64,000 nt of DNA from the NCBI GenBank assembly GCA_951406725.2, contig OX597826.1, positions 10,478,001 through 10,542,000 on the forward strand, written 5' to 3'. The position numbers and the translations under genes were made by a program. Below are positions 1 to 13,636 of this stretch, one piece after another. Under the pieces are notes generated by a model. The model saw only the letters and a program-made list of their open reading frames with translations, was not told the origin of the DNA and ran no database searches. This stretch comes from Octopus vulgaris. Its lineage: Eukaryota. How positions within the stretch are numbered: the first letter of the stretch is position 1; each line of letters starts with the position of its first letter.

Positions 1-526
1 TAGTATATAAAAAAAAAAGAAAGAAACAGTAAAATTTTTAAGATCAAGACCAGTAATTTAATACATATATTTATTAAATTAAACATTCATTAATTTTTGT
101 TCAGCACAGTTGTACTTTCATTAGTGCTTAGGTACTTATAAGTTGTCCCTGGTATGAAAAAATTTCCCCCCTCTCCTGCACTTTGTGTATGCTCAAACTG
201 CTAGAAATAACAACCAAATCTCTTTCTAATCACCTTCAATTATCTATAATAATCATAATAACTGCTAATAGTAGTAATAACAATAATAATAATGAAGCAC
301 TCATTAATTATCTTGTACTCCTGCTGGCTCTAATGGAGAAATTAAACACATTGGCTCCTATATAACCCACTGGAGGGATCATGGTGACATGTTAGCAAGA
401 TCCATACATCCATCTGGTGACTTGTATCCTTATTTCTTTTCTAGGAGTCTTTTGAAAACCAGCGCACTACAAATGTATAAGCATGTGATTACGACTTGCA
501 AGAACAACATCTTGTTTTTTTATATA

Positions 527-730
527 TACTCTTTTACTTGTTTCAGTCATTTGACTGCAGCCATGCTGGAGCACCGCCTTTAGTCGAGCAAATTGACCCC
601 GGGACTTATTGTTTTGTAAGGCCAGTACTTATTCTATCGGTCTCTTTTGCCGAACTGCTAAGTAACGGGGACATAAACACACCAGCATCGGTTGTCAAGC
701 AATGCTAGGGGGACAAACACAGGCACACAA

Positions 731-761
<31 letters not shown>

Positions 762-933
762 CATATATACGACAGGTTTCTTTCAGTTTCCGTCTACCAA
801 ATCCACTTACAAGGCTTTGGTCGGCCCGAGACTATAGCAGAAGACACTTGCCCAAGATGCCATGCAGTGGGACTGAACTCGGAACCATGTGGCTGGTTAG
901 CAAGCAACTTACCACACAGCCACTCCTGCGCCT
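527..933 (-). mobile_element. tRNA-derived SINE family A (CORE-like), full length
   Basis: Minus strand starts AGGCGCAGGAGTGGCTGTGTGGTAAG (box A) then GTTCAGTCCC (box B), then CTTGGGCAAGTG (CORE-SINE-like). Internal (CA)/(TA) tract and an AAGTAAAAGAGT tail. More than 10 similar copies in the window. Confidence 0.85.
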
Positions 934-1309
934 ATATATTTTATAAATTATTTTTGTTTTTCTTTTGATTTTCACATTTATATCATACTTTTAACAAAAA
1001 ATGAGTGAACAGAAAATATAATTTGCAAAACCGGAAGGTACCAAATGATTCATCTGTAGGGGCATGGATGGAAAACACAATCTATGTGATTCTTACTTCA
1101 TGTATGATACAGCGAAAAAATATGGTTTCATATCAAAACTAATTAGGATATTGCATTAGGGCTTTGGGACAAAATGAAAAATGGGGCCCAGGAGCCATCA
1201 TGTTGAAAGATACCAGATAACCTAACGATAAGTCAATAGTTTATAATCCACCATATTGATCAAAACATTTTGTGTTTCCATAGTTTCCATAGCTTTAAGT
1301 AGGTGCTTG

Positions 1310-1734
1310 GGATCTTTTCGGTTTGAACGGCAGTTTTTAACATAATTTCTAGGTAACTAAAAAATTTTAAACTTCGTATACTGCTAGAATGTGTTTATAA
1401 AACATCTTTTTCTCTTGGCTTTATTGAGAAAATTCTATAGTTTGTAACATATTTGTTGTTTTTTTCTTCAATTTCTGAAATTTCAACCAATCACTGACGT
1501 TTATTGAGGTAAAAAAAAACATTCTGTGCCGTATGAATATGTCCCTCGTTTAAGAAATAGATTGGGTTTATTTACATTGGTGAAGAAAAAAAGATACCCT
1601 TCCCCCCACTCCTAACCCTAACCCTAACCCTAAAACAGATTGAAATGCAATAGATCGATACTAGGGTCATAATTAAGGGTGACAATTTCATATGACACCG
1701 CTAGAAAAAACTGCCGTCCAAACCGAAAGGATCC
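1310..1734. mobile_element. MITE with ~28-bp TIRs, 8-bp TSD and internal (CCCTAA)3; Mutator-like by TSD length
   Basis: TIRs GGATCTTTTCGGTTTGAACGGCAGTTTT / AAAACTGCCGTCCAAACCGAAAGGATCC. TSD GGTGCTTG at 1302-1309 and 1735-1742. Inverted second copy at 50009-50425. Confidence 0.85.
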
Positions 1735-1796
1735 GGTGCTTGTAGTCAGAATAGTTTGCTTTGTAGTTTACTGATACCTGTGACAATGTTGTAAAA

Positions 1797-2005
1797 TTGG
1801 TTTCAAATATTGGCACAAGGCCTGCAATTTCAGGGCAGAGAGTAAGTTGATTGCATTGTACTCAGTGCTCAACTGGTACTTGGTTTATTGACCCTGAAAA
1901 GATGAAAGGCAAAGTCAACCTCTGCAGTATTTGAACTCAGACTGTGACGACGGATGAAATGCCTCTAAGCATTTTGCCCAGTGTGGTAATGATTCTGCCA
2001 GCTTG
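1797..2005 (-). mobile_element. SINE family B (Meta/Sauria-like central domain)
   Basis: Reverse complement of the family consensus AGCTGGCAGAATC...GAGTTCAAAT...GACTTTGCCTTTCATC..GGTCAATAAA..AGTACCAG seen in many copies. Confidence 0.75.
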
Positions 2006-2029
2006 CTGACTTTTAGTTGTGTGGCCTTG

Positions 2030-2370
2030 CTGAGACCCCCTTCAATCATGACTGACCATGGGATTGCACCTAGAAAGTTACCCTCCCAGGTACAAGTCTG
2101 GGCAAGGTTGTTTATGGAAGACCAGCAGTCGCCCATGCATGCCAGCCTCCCCTCTCCATGCCACCAGTGTTATCTAAAGGAAAGGCAAAGGGGCCGATAC
2201 AGCTTGGCACCTGTGACGTCGCAACTCATTTCTACAGCTGAGTGAACTGGAGCAATGTGAAATAAAGTGTCTTACTCAAGAACACAACACGCAGCCCGGT
2301 CCAGGATTCAAACTCACAACCTCACGATCATAAGTTCGACACTCTAACCACTGAGCCATGCGCCTTCACA
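2030..2370 (-). mobile_element. tRNA-derived SINE family C
   Basis: Minus-strand head GAAGGCGCATGGCTCAGTGGTTAGAGTG...GAGTTTGAATCC. Body shared with 28010-28375 and 40795-41088. Confidence 0.75.
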
Positions 2371-2426
2371 TGTGTGGCCTTAGTGGAGATAAAACTTTAG
2401 TTGGGTTTAACTCCCATTTCACTCTC

Positions 2427-2675
2427 TGGTCCTTGGGTACCTTTAGCAGAGTCCACTCTGTTACATACATTCAGGCAAGGTTTCCACTTTGAAGAGAACT
2501 TGATAACTTGACACACTAACTATTTCAGTAAACCACTTGTTGCTCAGTTTAAACCATGATCACTGCCTGGTCCTTGGGTGCCTTTAGCAGAGTTGACTGC
2601 ATTACAAGCATTCACATAAGCCTTCAATTTGAGGATAACTTCATTTATTGATATACACTTCCTACTGCAGTAAAT
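2427..2675. repeat. Diverged ~141-bp tandem duplication
   Basis: TGGTCCTTGGGT(A/G)CCTTTAGCAGAGT at 2427 and 2568, with similarity continuing for ~100 bp. Confidence 0.65.
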
Positions 2676-2715
2676 TATGACTTGAAGTTTCTTCCTTTCT
2701 TCCTGACATTCTTAA

Positions 2716-2937
2716 CCCTTTCATTACCAAATTTCTGTTAAGATACTCTGTGTTTCTTTCACTTAATTTTAAATATAACAAAGAATTTAGTAAAATAATA
2801 TAGTCGTCATTAAGCTAGTGTTAGGAACATAAATTGTGACTAAGGTTTGGTGGAAGATTTTAATTCAGATCTTTTGAAAACAAGACATTTGTATTACAGA
2901 GCCAAAGGTGGTTTCAGGTGGGTTGGTATCAAAAGGG
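2716..2937. mobile_element. piggyBac-like MITE family 1
   Basis: TTAA|CCCTTTCATTACCAA...TTGGTATCAAAAGGG|TTAA: CCC-initiated TIRs with a TTAA TSD. Related copies at 20523, 22779, 62673 and 63201. Confidence 0.85.
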
Positions 2938-4239
2938 TTAAAGGTTCTGTGAAAATTCCATAGGCTCCGAATGCATTTCGTCTCCTGATTAAGCCATTTT
3001 TTCTGAAACAGTGAATTATTCCAGTACTTACTCACTTGAATCCTTTCATAAGCACCCAACTTCACATGTCCCAATGACCCTTTACCTGCTGTATGGGACT
3101 AAACACCACTACTAGTCACCTGTCTTGTGCTGGGATGTGCTTCAACATGGTGCCTACGTACATTCAAGTGGACTGAGCCAATGAGAGCTAAATGTCTTTG
3201 AAGTACCCATGACACTGTATATATATATATATATTAGCTCTTGATCCTTTGGACATTTCCCTGCTCGTTTACAGAGTTCGCTGTCCATGGTTTAACAAAA
3301 GCAATATTTCTCAGAGAAATAACCCAAATGTTACATTGCTAATTAAGTAGTTAGAGATTTAAGAGTTATTAAATGTTGAACAGTTAAGCTTAAAAGATGG
3401 AAACTAATACGTCAGTGTATAGGTGCCTGTGTGTAGATGGCATGGGGTAGGGGAAAAACCCACAGAGGTTTAACTTTAAATTGAATATTAGTGAAAAGGA
3501 GGATGTGGTGGTGTGGTGGTGTGGGTGGGGGGAGGTAACAGTGTCTGTTGTAGTAGCGGTAGCGGTGGTGGTGGTGTTGGTTCATTAGCAGGGGTGGGTG
3601 TAGGAAATGATGGCAAAGAGATTTAGATAGTGGGAAATGTTGTTGTTGTTGGTGGTGGTGGTGGTGGTGGTAATAGTGCAAACCCTGCTGTCGTGGTTAG
3701 TGGTAAAGATAGTAAGAGTTGCAGTGTTTGGGGGGGTGGTGGTGGTGGTGGTGGTGGTGGTGGTGGTGGTGGTGGTGGTGGTGGATGGTAATTGGTGGGA
3801 TTCGTATTAACATGCAAATATTTTCCAGCTTACTTATTAAGGCTAAATTAATAAGTCTACTTATGCAAGATCAATAGTACACACATTAAATCAAAAGTAC
3901 ATCTAGTGAGGTTAAATTAAAACAGTTTGCTGTACACACTGAGTAGTACAGATTCATGTTTTAATTAATCTGATATGTGCGTATGCCTGTATGTATATAT
4001 ATATATATATGTTTGTGTGTGTCTGTTGTGTATGTGTATTCTGTGTAGCTGTATATATACATATATATATGGATATATGGATATATGGATATATACATGA
4101 ACATCTGTGTATGTAATTGAGCATGTAAATATATGGATCTGTATGTACACGAGTGTGTAAATATATGCGTCTGTCTCTATATATGAACATATACATAAGC
4201 AGTTCAATAAATAAGCAAGTGCATACGTTTGTGTGTATA

Positions 4240-4438
4240 TATGTGTGTGTGTGTGTGTGTATATATACATATATATATATATATATGTGTGTGTGTGTAT
4301 GCATATATATATGTATGTATATATATATGTATGTATATATGTATGTATGTATATATGTATGTATATATGTATGTATATATACATGTATGTATATATATAT
4401 ATGTATGTATATATACATGTATGTATATATACATGTAT

Positions 4439-4470
<32 letters not shown>

Positions 4471-4755
4471 GTATGTATATGTATATATATGTATATATAT
4501 ATGTATGTATTATGTATATGTATATGTATATATATATATGTATGTATATGTATATGTATGTATATATATATGTATGTATATGTATATGTATGTATATATA
4601 TATGTATGTATATATATATATATGTATGTATGTATATATATATATGTATATATATATATGTATGTATGTATATATATGTATATATATATGTATGTATGAC
4701 CGTGTATGCGTGGCACTGTATTTGTTCTGCTATATATATATATGCATACTTACAC

Positions 4756-4811
<56 letters not shown>
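4240..4811. repeat. Compound (TA)/(TATG)/(TG) microsatellite
   Basis: Directly visible; it is the source of the spurious YIYI/CVCV ORFs. Confidence 0.95.
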
Positions 4812-4814
<3 letters not shown>

Positions 4815-5101
4815 ACCATCATTATCCCTTTACATCCATTTTTTCCATAGGTTGAGTGGGTATTTCTAGTTCACCATTTTTCTTACTTCTGCTATTAGTC
4901 TCCCCTTTTCTTCTCTTCTTTTTTTTCTTCAGTTCTCTAATCTTGCAAGTTCTTTCGTCTTGGATTGCTTCATACTTCATTTCCCAACTGTTGTCCTTCA
5001 TAAGCATTCTATTCATATCCTCACAGTTTACTCTCTTGCATGTATGTGTATATGTGTGTTTGTATGTGTGGGTGTGTGTGTGTGTGTATTCTTAAAGGAA
5101 T

Positions 5102-5204
5102 ATATTGTTGATAGTGACTTTGGAGTTTTGGCCATTTAAGCCATTGTTGGCTGTCTGACAATGGGCTTAATTGGCAGATACTTTGAAGTCACTATCAACA
5201 ATAT
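5102..5204 (+). other. 103-nt near-perfect hairpin (pre-miRNA-like or foldback)
   Basis: 19-bp perfect basal stem ATATTGTTGATAGTGACTT/AAGTCACTATCAACAATAT. The upper stem has 6 G.U pairs, 3 mismatches and 1 bulge, closed by a 4-nt loop CTGT. Confidence 0.7.
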
Positions 5205-5962
5205 TCATAGTCAAGAATGCTAAATTTCTACTCTATAAAAGTATAGAGTAATCTGTCAGATGAATATTAAATCATTTTCATTGTAACTGAACATAAAAAC
5301 AAACATTAATGTGTGTTGTGTGTGTGCCTGTCTTTTTGTCTTTAATATTCTTCTTGTTTCATTCGTTGAGCTGTACGCATGCTGGGTGACTGCTATTTAT
5401 TGTTTAATTGAACAAATCAACCCCTTTTTTTAAACCCTAGTTCCTATTCTATCAATCTCTTTTAAAATGTATATATCTTACTGTTAAGAGTTGGCAGCTG
5501 TTCTCTTGTATCTTGTACTTGGCTCATTAACAAGTAAAGTTTTTTGAGGAAATTGTTAAGGAATTGGTTTGGCATTCTGTGCTGGCCATTTGCAATAACC
5601 CTTATACCAGTTTTAAAAAAAAATTTTTTTTTTTACAAAAAGGGCCTTCTTTGTTTATATGTCGCCTAAGGACCAATCAACCACATGTTTGGGTGACATT
5701 TCAAGTGATAGCTACACTAAAACATTAGTCAAGACCAACATCATCATCATCATCTCCATTTAACGTCCGTTTTTCCATGCTGGCATGTGTAAAATTGTTT
5801 GGCAGCGGATGGTAAGCCTGAGGACTGCATCAAGTTCTCTTTTGGCATGGTTTCTACAGCTGGATGCCCTTCCTAATGGCCACCATTTTACAGAATGTAC
5901 TGGGTGCTTTTACATAGCACCAGCAACAGTGAGGCCACCACAACAATGAGCAGATGGATACA

Positions 5963-6339
5963 TCCCTCTATATATAAACAGCAAAATGTCTGTGTGTGTG
6001 TGTGTGTGTGTGTGTCCTTTATACAAATCCACAATTTTTCAGTTAGAGGGCTCACACTTTCTATGGTCATTCAAAACCATCCAAGGGTGGTCGTGCACAT
6101 CTTTACATTTGTCCAGTCACCTGGCAAAGCCATTAAAAAATCAATAGAAGTGACTTTTTTGTGAATTTTATATCCAAAGCCCAATCAAAATGCCCGAAAC
6201 TTGATACGCCAATTGAATACCAGCAAGCTGTATGTGATTGGTCAGAGAATAGGACAGTACTTGCGTGTATTGTGCATGCACACTGCTGTATATACATGCA
6301 CTAGCACTATGACCTGGCATTGTCAGGTCATAGTGCCAT
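5963..6339 (+). mobile_element. Non-autonomous Helitron
   Basis: 5' A|TCCCTCTATATATAAA and a 3' hairpin GCACTATGACCTGGCATTGTCAGGTCATAGTGC with a mutated CTAG. Close relative at 54170-54466. Confidence 0.75.
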
Positions 6340-6986
6340 TAAATAAATATATCAGGATGTGTGTGTATGTGTGTGTGTATGTGTGTGGATGGCAGACAGA
6401 TTGATTGAGAAATATTTTATTTATAATTCCTTGTAATTCCTTCAGTTTTTTTTTTTTTATAGAAATCTAAAACTTATTGTAAGCTTATTTCCCATGTCTT
6501 TTACATCAATCTCTCTTAGAATTAGGGTCTCTGACAAGTATGTGTAACCATGCTGCTTCTGAAGGTTGGATTGTATATGTTCCTGTATGAACATACATGT
6601 TTCTGTGTTGCTTGTTGCAAAGACTATATTTTATTAACATCATAAAGAGTGTTGCAGAAGTTTCCACCTAGGATTTGAACTTGAATCACTGTCTTCATAT
6701 ATGAAAGCAAGTGTGAATACGCAAACAGGATTTTGTCAGAAATTGGTGACGTCAGCAAGCAAGTAGCCATTCAGGTGTCCAAGGCTCTAATATGTTTCAT
6801 TATATTGTCTCCCCCAGTCAGGTACAGAACGCTCCTTCCTTTAGTTTGCCGAACTGATAAACAGATCACACTCCTACATCATTGTTCAATTGTTAGAAAT
6901 CAAAAGTGTATTCGACTGTGAAATATACTGAGTGGCATTAACAACACACATGCATATATGTGTGTGTGTGTTTATCGCTTTCTTTT

Positions 6987-7037
<51 letters not shown>

Positions 7038-7138
7038 TGCATGTATGTGTTAGTACTTATACGCACATAAATGCATATAAATGTATATTTTATATCCCGT
7101 TCTAGCACGGAAAACGGATGTTAAACGATGATGATGTT

Positions 7139-7173
<35 letters not shown>

Positions 7174-7219
7174 ATATATGTGTGTGTGTGTGTGTGTATT
7201 TATATATATATGTATATAC

Positions 7220-7551
<332 letters not shown>

Positions 7552-8132
7552 GTATATTTATATATATATATATATATTTATGTATATATATGTATATATA
7601 TATATTTATATGTGATATATTGTTGAAAACTATTGACACTACATATGTAATGAAAATATTTTGCTTACAATTGGCTCAGGATGTCCATAAAGCCACACAT
7701 GTATGCATGCACACACATGTGCGCACAGGCATGCTCCCCTCCCATACATAATGGGCTTCTTTCAGCTTCTGTCTATTCCATCCATGCACGAAGCATTTAT
7801 TGACCTGACTTTATATGAGAAGAAACTTATCCAAGGTACTGTGCCATGGGATTGAACACGAAAACCACAACCCTGTGCGTGTGTGTGTGTGTGTGTATGT
7901 GTGTGTGAGTGTGTGTGTATGTGTATTTATCTATACATATATATAAATAACAGGCTTCTTTCAGTTTTCATCTACCGCATCCACTCACAAGTTTCTGCTG
8001 GCTCAAAGTGACATGCAGTGGGACTGAACCCAGAACCATATGGCTGGGAAGCAAACTTCGTACCACACAATCACATCTGTGCCTGTTATTATTATATATG
8101 TGTGTGTGCGTGTATTTTTTTCTTTTTTTTTT

Positions 8133-8534
8133 CTTTTTACTTGTTTCAGTCATTTGACTGCGGCCATGCTGGAGCACCACCTTTAGTCGAGCAAATCGAC
8201 CCCGGGACTTATTCTTTGTAAGCCCAGTACTTATTCTATCGGTCTCTTTTTGCTGAACCGCTAAGTGACGGGGATGTAAACACACCAGCATCGGTTGTCA
8301 AGCAATGCTAGGGGGACAAACACAAACACACAAACACATACACACACATACATATACATATACATATATACGACAGGCTTCTTTCAGCTACCGTCTACCA
8401 AATCCACTCACAAGGCATTGGTCGGCCCAGGGCTATAGCAGAAGACACTTGCCCAAGATGCCATGCAGTGGGACTGAACCCGGAACCATGTGGCTGGTTA
8501 ACAAACTACTTACCACACAGACACTCCTGCGCCT
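8133..8534 (-). mobile_element. SINE family A, full length
   Basis: High similarity to 527-933. Confidence 0.85.
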
Positions 8535-9156
8535 ATATATAAAATATTTCAATATATGTATGTGTATTATATGTGAATGTATATGCATGTGTATATGAAA
8601 TTATCATTTCTTATCAAACTTGCTGTTATTGTATTTATCTAATTACCTTCAATGAGTTTTTAGCGATTTTGGTGTGGGTGTGAACATTAAGATTCTTTTT
8701 CAACCATGTACGTCATCAGAAACTAATTAGAAAATATATTTTTTCTCTAAACATGCATTAATATGTTTGCAGATATTATTTTTTTTCTCTGATATACGTG
8801 TTCTGTTTGCGTGGGAGCAACCGAGAGAAATTATGAAAAAAATATGTTGGTTAGCAGACATTTAAAGCAGTAGAGTAAGGCAGGAACATCATATTCATGA
8901 AAAACTATACTTAAGTTTGGTGTTAATATATTTAAGGAGCCGACTATTAGAATGGTAATGGTGAATAATTGTACAGATAGAGGGAAAATTATATTAGTTA
9001 ATGACTAATTACTATTTTATGATTTATTTATCAATACTTCGGCAATTACAGTAAAGCTTACACTTTACACTATTGAGGCTAGAATAAAACTGAAACAAGT
9101 CCATAGTTGTCTCCCATACATATGCAACATAGACACTTTGTCATTATTCTCCAAAG

Positions 9157-9427
9157 CAGTGGTTCTCAACCAATCTTTGCCTATGGACCTCTTTGATTTC
9201 TATTTTACTCAGGAAAGGGGTAGGTACCCTCATAGCTAAAATCTATTATATTTTTATGATTAGATATTATTAGGAATTGTAAAAAAAAAAGTGTTTAAAT
9301 ATTTTGTGTATTGCCAAAATATAATCAATTGAAAGCCCATAAATTTTAACAGCAAAATCTTATATGGACTCCCAAAGGTCATAGGGCTCCTAAGGTCATA
9401 TATATGGAACCCAGTTAGGAAACACTG
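9157..9427. mobile_element. hAT (Charlie-like) MITE
   Basis: TIRs CAGTGGTTCTCAAC / GTTAGGAAACACTG. 8-bp TSD CTCCAAAG (9149-9156) / CTCTAAAG (9428-9435). Confidence 0.8.
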
Positions 9428-9499
9428 CTCTAAAGGATGCATAACAATCTAGTTTTTTTTTTTCAGCAGCACCAAAACACAATATATTTAGAAAATGTC

Positions 9500-9875
9500 T
9501 TTTATTGTATTTTGGGAGGATCATTACACCAATAATAAACATTGCACTGGTTCTGTTTCACTTCATTTATTATTATTTGTCAATTCATTAACATTTAATC
9601 AGTTAACTAATCAATTGTTCGGTTACTCATTTGGTCAATCAGACATGCTTCTGACTTGGAGTAGTAAGAGCATGTCTTTGATGAGGTTGCAAATGGTAAC
9701 TAAAGAACTTTGACAAATAAAGCTGCTTGATTGACTGGCCAAATGATTAATCAAACTGCTGATTAGTCAATTGGTTTAAATGTTAATGAATTGACTGATA
9801 ATGATAAAAGAAGTGAAACAGAAACAGTGCATGTGTTTATTGTTAGCATGATGACCCACCCAAGGTATGATAAAA
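9500..9875. repeat. Long imperfect inverted repeat (~150-bp arms, ~70-nt spacer)
   Basis: Left arm ...TGCACTGGTTCTGTTTCACTTCATTTATTATTATTTGTCAATTCATTAACATTTAA... pairs with ...TTAAATGTTAATGAATTGACTGATAATGATAAAAGAAGTGAAACAGAAACAGTGCA... Confidence 0.8.
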
Positions 9876-10135
9876 TCTGTTTCAGTCCAGAAGTTCACAT
9901 TAAAATCTAGCAAACAAAACACAGTAACTACATACATTGAGGAAACAGTCTTGTAGTTTACCATTTATGAATGAAACACACAGCATAAACCTCAAAGACT
10001 AGTAGTATACCGTTCTTGAGTATATCAGTCTTTATGAATGAAACTCACAAGATAAACCTCAAAGTCACTTCACTGCTTAACCTTGCATCATTGGGGATCT
10101 GTCATGGCATAACAACCCTCTAAAAGGCACATTGA

Positions 10136-10343
10136 CCCTTTAGCATTCGGATTGCTCCGTCAAGGTAATGCTTATTTATTCACATTATTTTGTGGTTTTG
10201 AGATTTTTGATGAGGTAACTGTTGATTTTAGGACGATATTGTAGGGTTGGTTCGAGAGGCCAGATCTGGCCATTTTGCACATAAAACAAGTAGGATATTT
10301 TGGCCAGCTATGGCTTGTTTAAACTGGTTTAAATGCTAAAGTG
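10136..10343. mobile_element. piggyBac-like MITE family 2 (degenerate)
   Basis: TTGA|CCCTTTAGCATTC...AATGCTAAAGTG|TAAA; homologous to 58854-59074. Confidence 0.65.
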
Positions 10344-10831
10344 TAAACATATGGCTTACGTATCTCAAAGGGGTTCCCGTTTCACACATACACAGTTTTA
10401 ATTGCTATTCTAACTGGTCATCAAGGTTTCACTCACAGGCATGCTACACTCAGACCCCTTGTTTTTTACCTACGACACCTCAATCTGCTTTTCTCAGCTG
10501 CAAAACCCTTCCTCTTAAACCCACCTAATGCACTCATCGTTCTTTCTGTCATTAAACCTTGCCAGATATTCCACTGAACAAAGTTGGCCTATTTCTTCTC
10601 ACATACTCCCTAACTGTTCATTTTTTTCTGCAGACATTCATCTTATAGGTACTCAGACTCATCATTGTCAATCAACCACATCAAATCCTTTGTCTCTGAG
10701 AGAGTCTGCAAATTTCATAGCCATTGTTCTTCCACCTCATGACTAACTTCTGAACTTCTCTGGCTGTTTTTGTACATGCATTCATTGACCCACGTTTGAT
10801 TTTAATCTTTATTATTATTATTATTATTATT

Positions 10832-11507
<676 letters not shown>

Positions 11508-11642
11508 TAACCAACAGTAAAAAAAAAACACTACTGTCACCAGCACAATGTTCTCCATCATTACCATAATGGTGAAGATGATGATAATGATGTCTTATAT
11601 TAGCTAGTTGGGAGCGTCTTGATTGATTGCTTGATAATTATA

Positions 11643-11830
11643 AGGTGGTGAGCTGGCAGAATTGTTACTGTATTGGACAGAGTTCGAATTCTGCTGAGGT
11701 TGACTGCCTTTCATCCTTTCGAGGTCGATGAAATAAGTACTGGGCAAGCACTAGGGTTGATGTAATCAACTAGCACACTCCTTACCAAAATTTCAGGCCT
11801 TATACTTATCTACTGTTGAAAGGATGATAA
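11643..11830 (+). mobile_element. SINE family B
   Basis: AGGTGGTGAGCTGGCAGAATTG...GCCTTTCATCCTTTCGAGGTCGATGAAATAAGTAC...AATTTCAGGCCTT. Confidence 0.75.
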
Positions 11831-12169
11831 TAAAGTGGATGACAAAGATGATATTTTTGCTCTGTGAAACTGTAATGCATTTGAGGAGGAAGACATTGGA
11901 AGGAATTCATATCTGTTTAGATAAGTCAAGATAATTCAAAAGCTCAAATATGTAATGTAAAGAAAACATGAACTTTCATGTTACCACAGAAAGAGATGAA
12001 CACAAAGAGCTGATGTGAATGAAATTATTATAACAAGATTCAAGATTACTGTTATATGATATTTACAGTGTTAGACCTAATGTCTGCAGAGGTTGACCTA
12101 ATCCATTACTCAGTTTAATTCTACCATCTAGTTCTTGGATACTTTTAGTAGGGTAGGTTAATCATATTT

Positions 12170-12425
12170 GAAGGCATGTGGCTTAGTGGTTAGGGTGTCA
12201 GCATCATAATCATAAAATTGTGGTTTCGATTCCTGGACCGGATGACGCGTTGTGTTCTTGAGTAAAGAACTTCATTTCACGTTGCTCCAGTCCACTCAGC
12301 TGGCAAAAATGAGTAATGCTGTGATGGACTGGCGTCCCGTCCAGCTGGGGAACACATACGCCATGGAAACTGGGAAACTGGGCCCATGAGCCTGGCTAGG
12401 CTTTAAAAGGGCACATTTATTTATT
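12170..12425 (+). mobile_element. SINE family C variant
   Basis: GGCATGTGGCTTAGTGGTTAGGG (box A), GGTTTCGATTCC (box B), (TTTA)n tail. Relative at 34687-34910. Confidence 0.75.
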
Positions 12426-13273
12426 TTATAGGTTACTCATCCAATGATTAACCTACTGCTCCCTGTAGTACCTTTCTTTGCATAAAATATTGTTTACTTG
12501 AGGGTAGAATTGGAAGTGGCTCTCTATTGGTTGCTTGCTCTCAAGATGTGATAAGGGTTTTGTCTTGGTGGGTAATGTTTTGGAAGACAGTTCTGTCAGC
12601 TAGGACCATTCTGTGACTACTAACTTTTAACTGGACTATTTACTGTAAACACAGTAGTGGTTATTATTAGCAGTTGCCCAGATTCCTGATTGTAGCTACT
12701 CTTTCTCCCTACTGGTCTTGAAGTCCTTGCAAAGATCATCAGTATTGCCCTTCATTTTTTTTAATTAACTTTTAATATCAACTTTCTCTCCTGTGACTGC
12801 CTTTACTGAGTGTTCGTATTTGAATTAAAAGTCTTCAGTGTAATACCATTAAAATATATATTATATTTTAATTGGTCAATATTAGCTCAGCTGTACCGAT
12901 ATAAAGTATATAGATTAAATAATATATTAATAAAATGCATATATTTGTAATATAAAGTAGGTGTAAATATTTAATATGAAAAAGATATAAATGTTTTTAA
13001 TATAGAAACAGTAAAGATATTTAGAAACTTAATTGAATCATTAAAAATAAAGTTATGAAAGAACTAAACCAGTAAAAAGAAAAAGAAAAAGGAAGACCCT
13101 GGCACCCTTTCCTGATCTCTGTACCATCTGCAGTATTCCATTTTATACCTATTACATTTTCGTTAATGTTTGTCTATTTTCTAGAAAAAAAAAATAATCT
13201 TAAATGATTTTTTATTTTGGTGAATTTCTTTTATTTTCATTTTGTTTTTCTTTTTTTTCTTTTGTTCTTGTAG

Positions 13274-13313
13274 GAAAAAGAATATTAATTTACTAAAGAA
13301 TCCACACTGAAAT
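13274..13313 (+). other. Candidate 40-nt non-coding microexon
   Basis: Long polypyrimidine tract ending TTGTAG| upstream and |GTGCGT downstream. Stops in all three frames. Confidence 0.3.
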
Positions 13314-13636
13314 GTGCGTATATATGTTACATTTATACATTTATTTATTTCTCTTTATTCATTTATGTATTTATTTGTTTTTGTTGTTGTTTATAAAAGT
13401 TGAAAACTTTTGTTTGATATATTTATAATGGTTAAATTTTATATTTGTTTACTTATATTTATTGAATTTCCATGGAGAATTTTCTTATTAGAATCTTGAA
13501 TGACACAACAGGTAGACTAGCAGACAAAATAGCTTGTAGTATTTGCTTACCTCCCTTTATGTTCCATAGTCTAATCCCATTGAGGGATTATCTACAACAG
13601 GAATAGATATAAATTTGAAGCCAGTACCATAACATG

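Noticed and set aside
496-968. Recurrent ORFs such as FQSFDCGHAGAPPLVEQIDPGTY and FSFRLPNPLTR
   Set aside because: They recur only because they lie in copies of SINE family A; no protein motif.
1611-1633. Telomere or chromosome-fusion relic
   Set aside because: Only three units, and they are internal to a MITE present twice in the window.
3954-4869. Long ORFs rich in Y/I/C/V/H/T (also 7118-7751, 18213-18756, 24514-25602, 36421-36857, 44118-44957)
   Set aside because: Translations of (TA)/(TG)/(CA) microsatellites that lack stops by composition; not genes.
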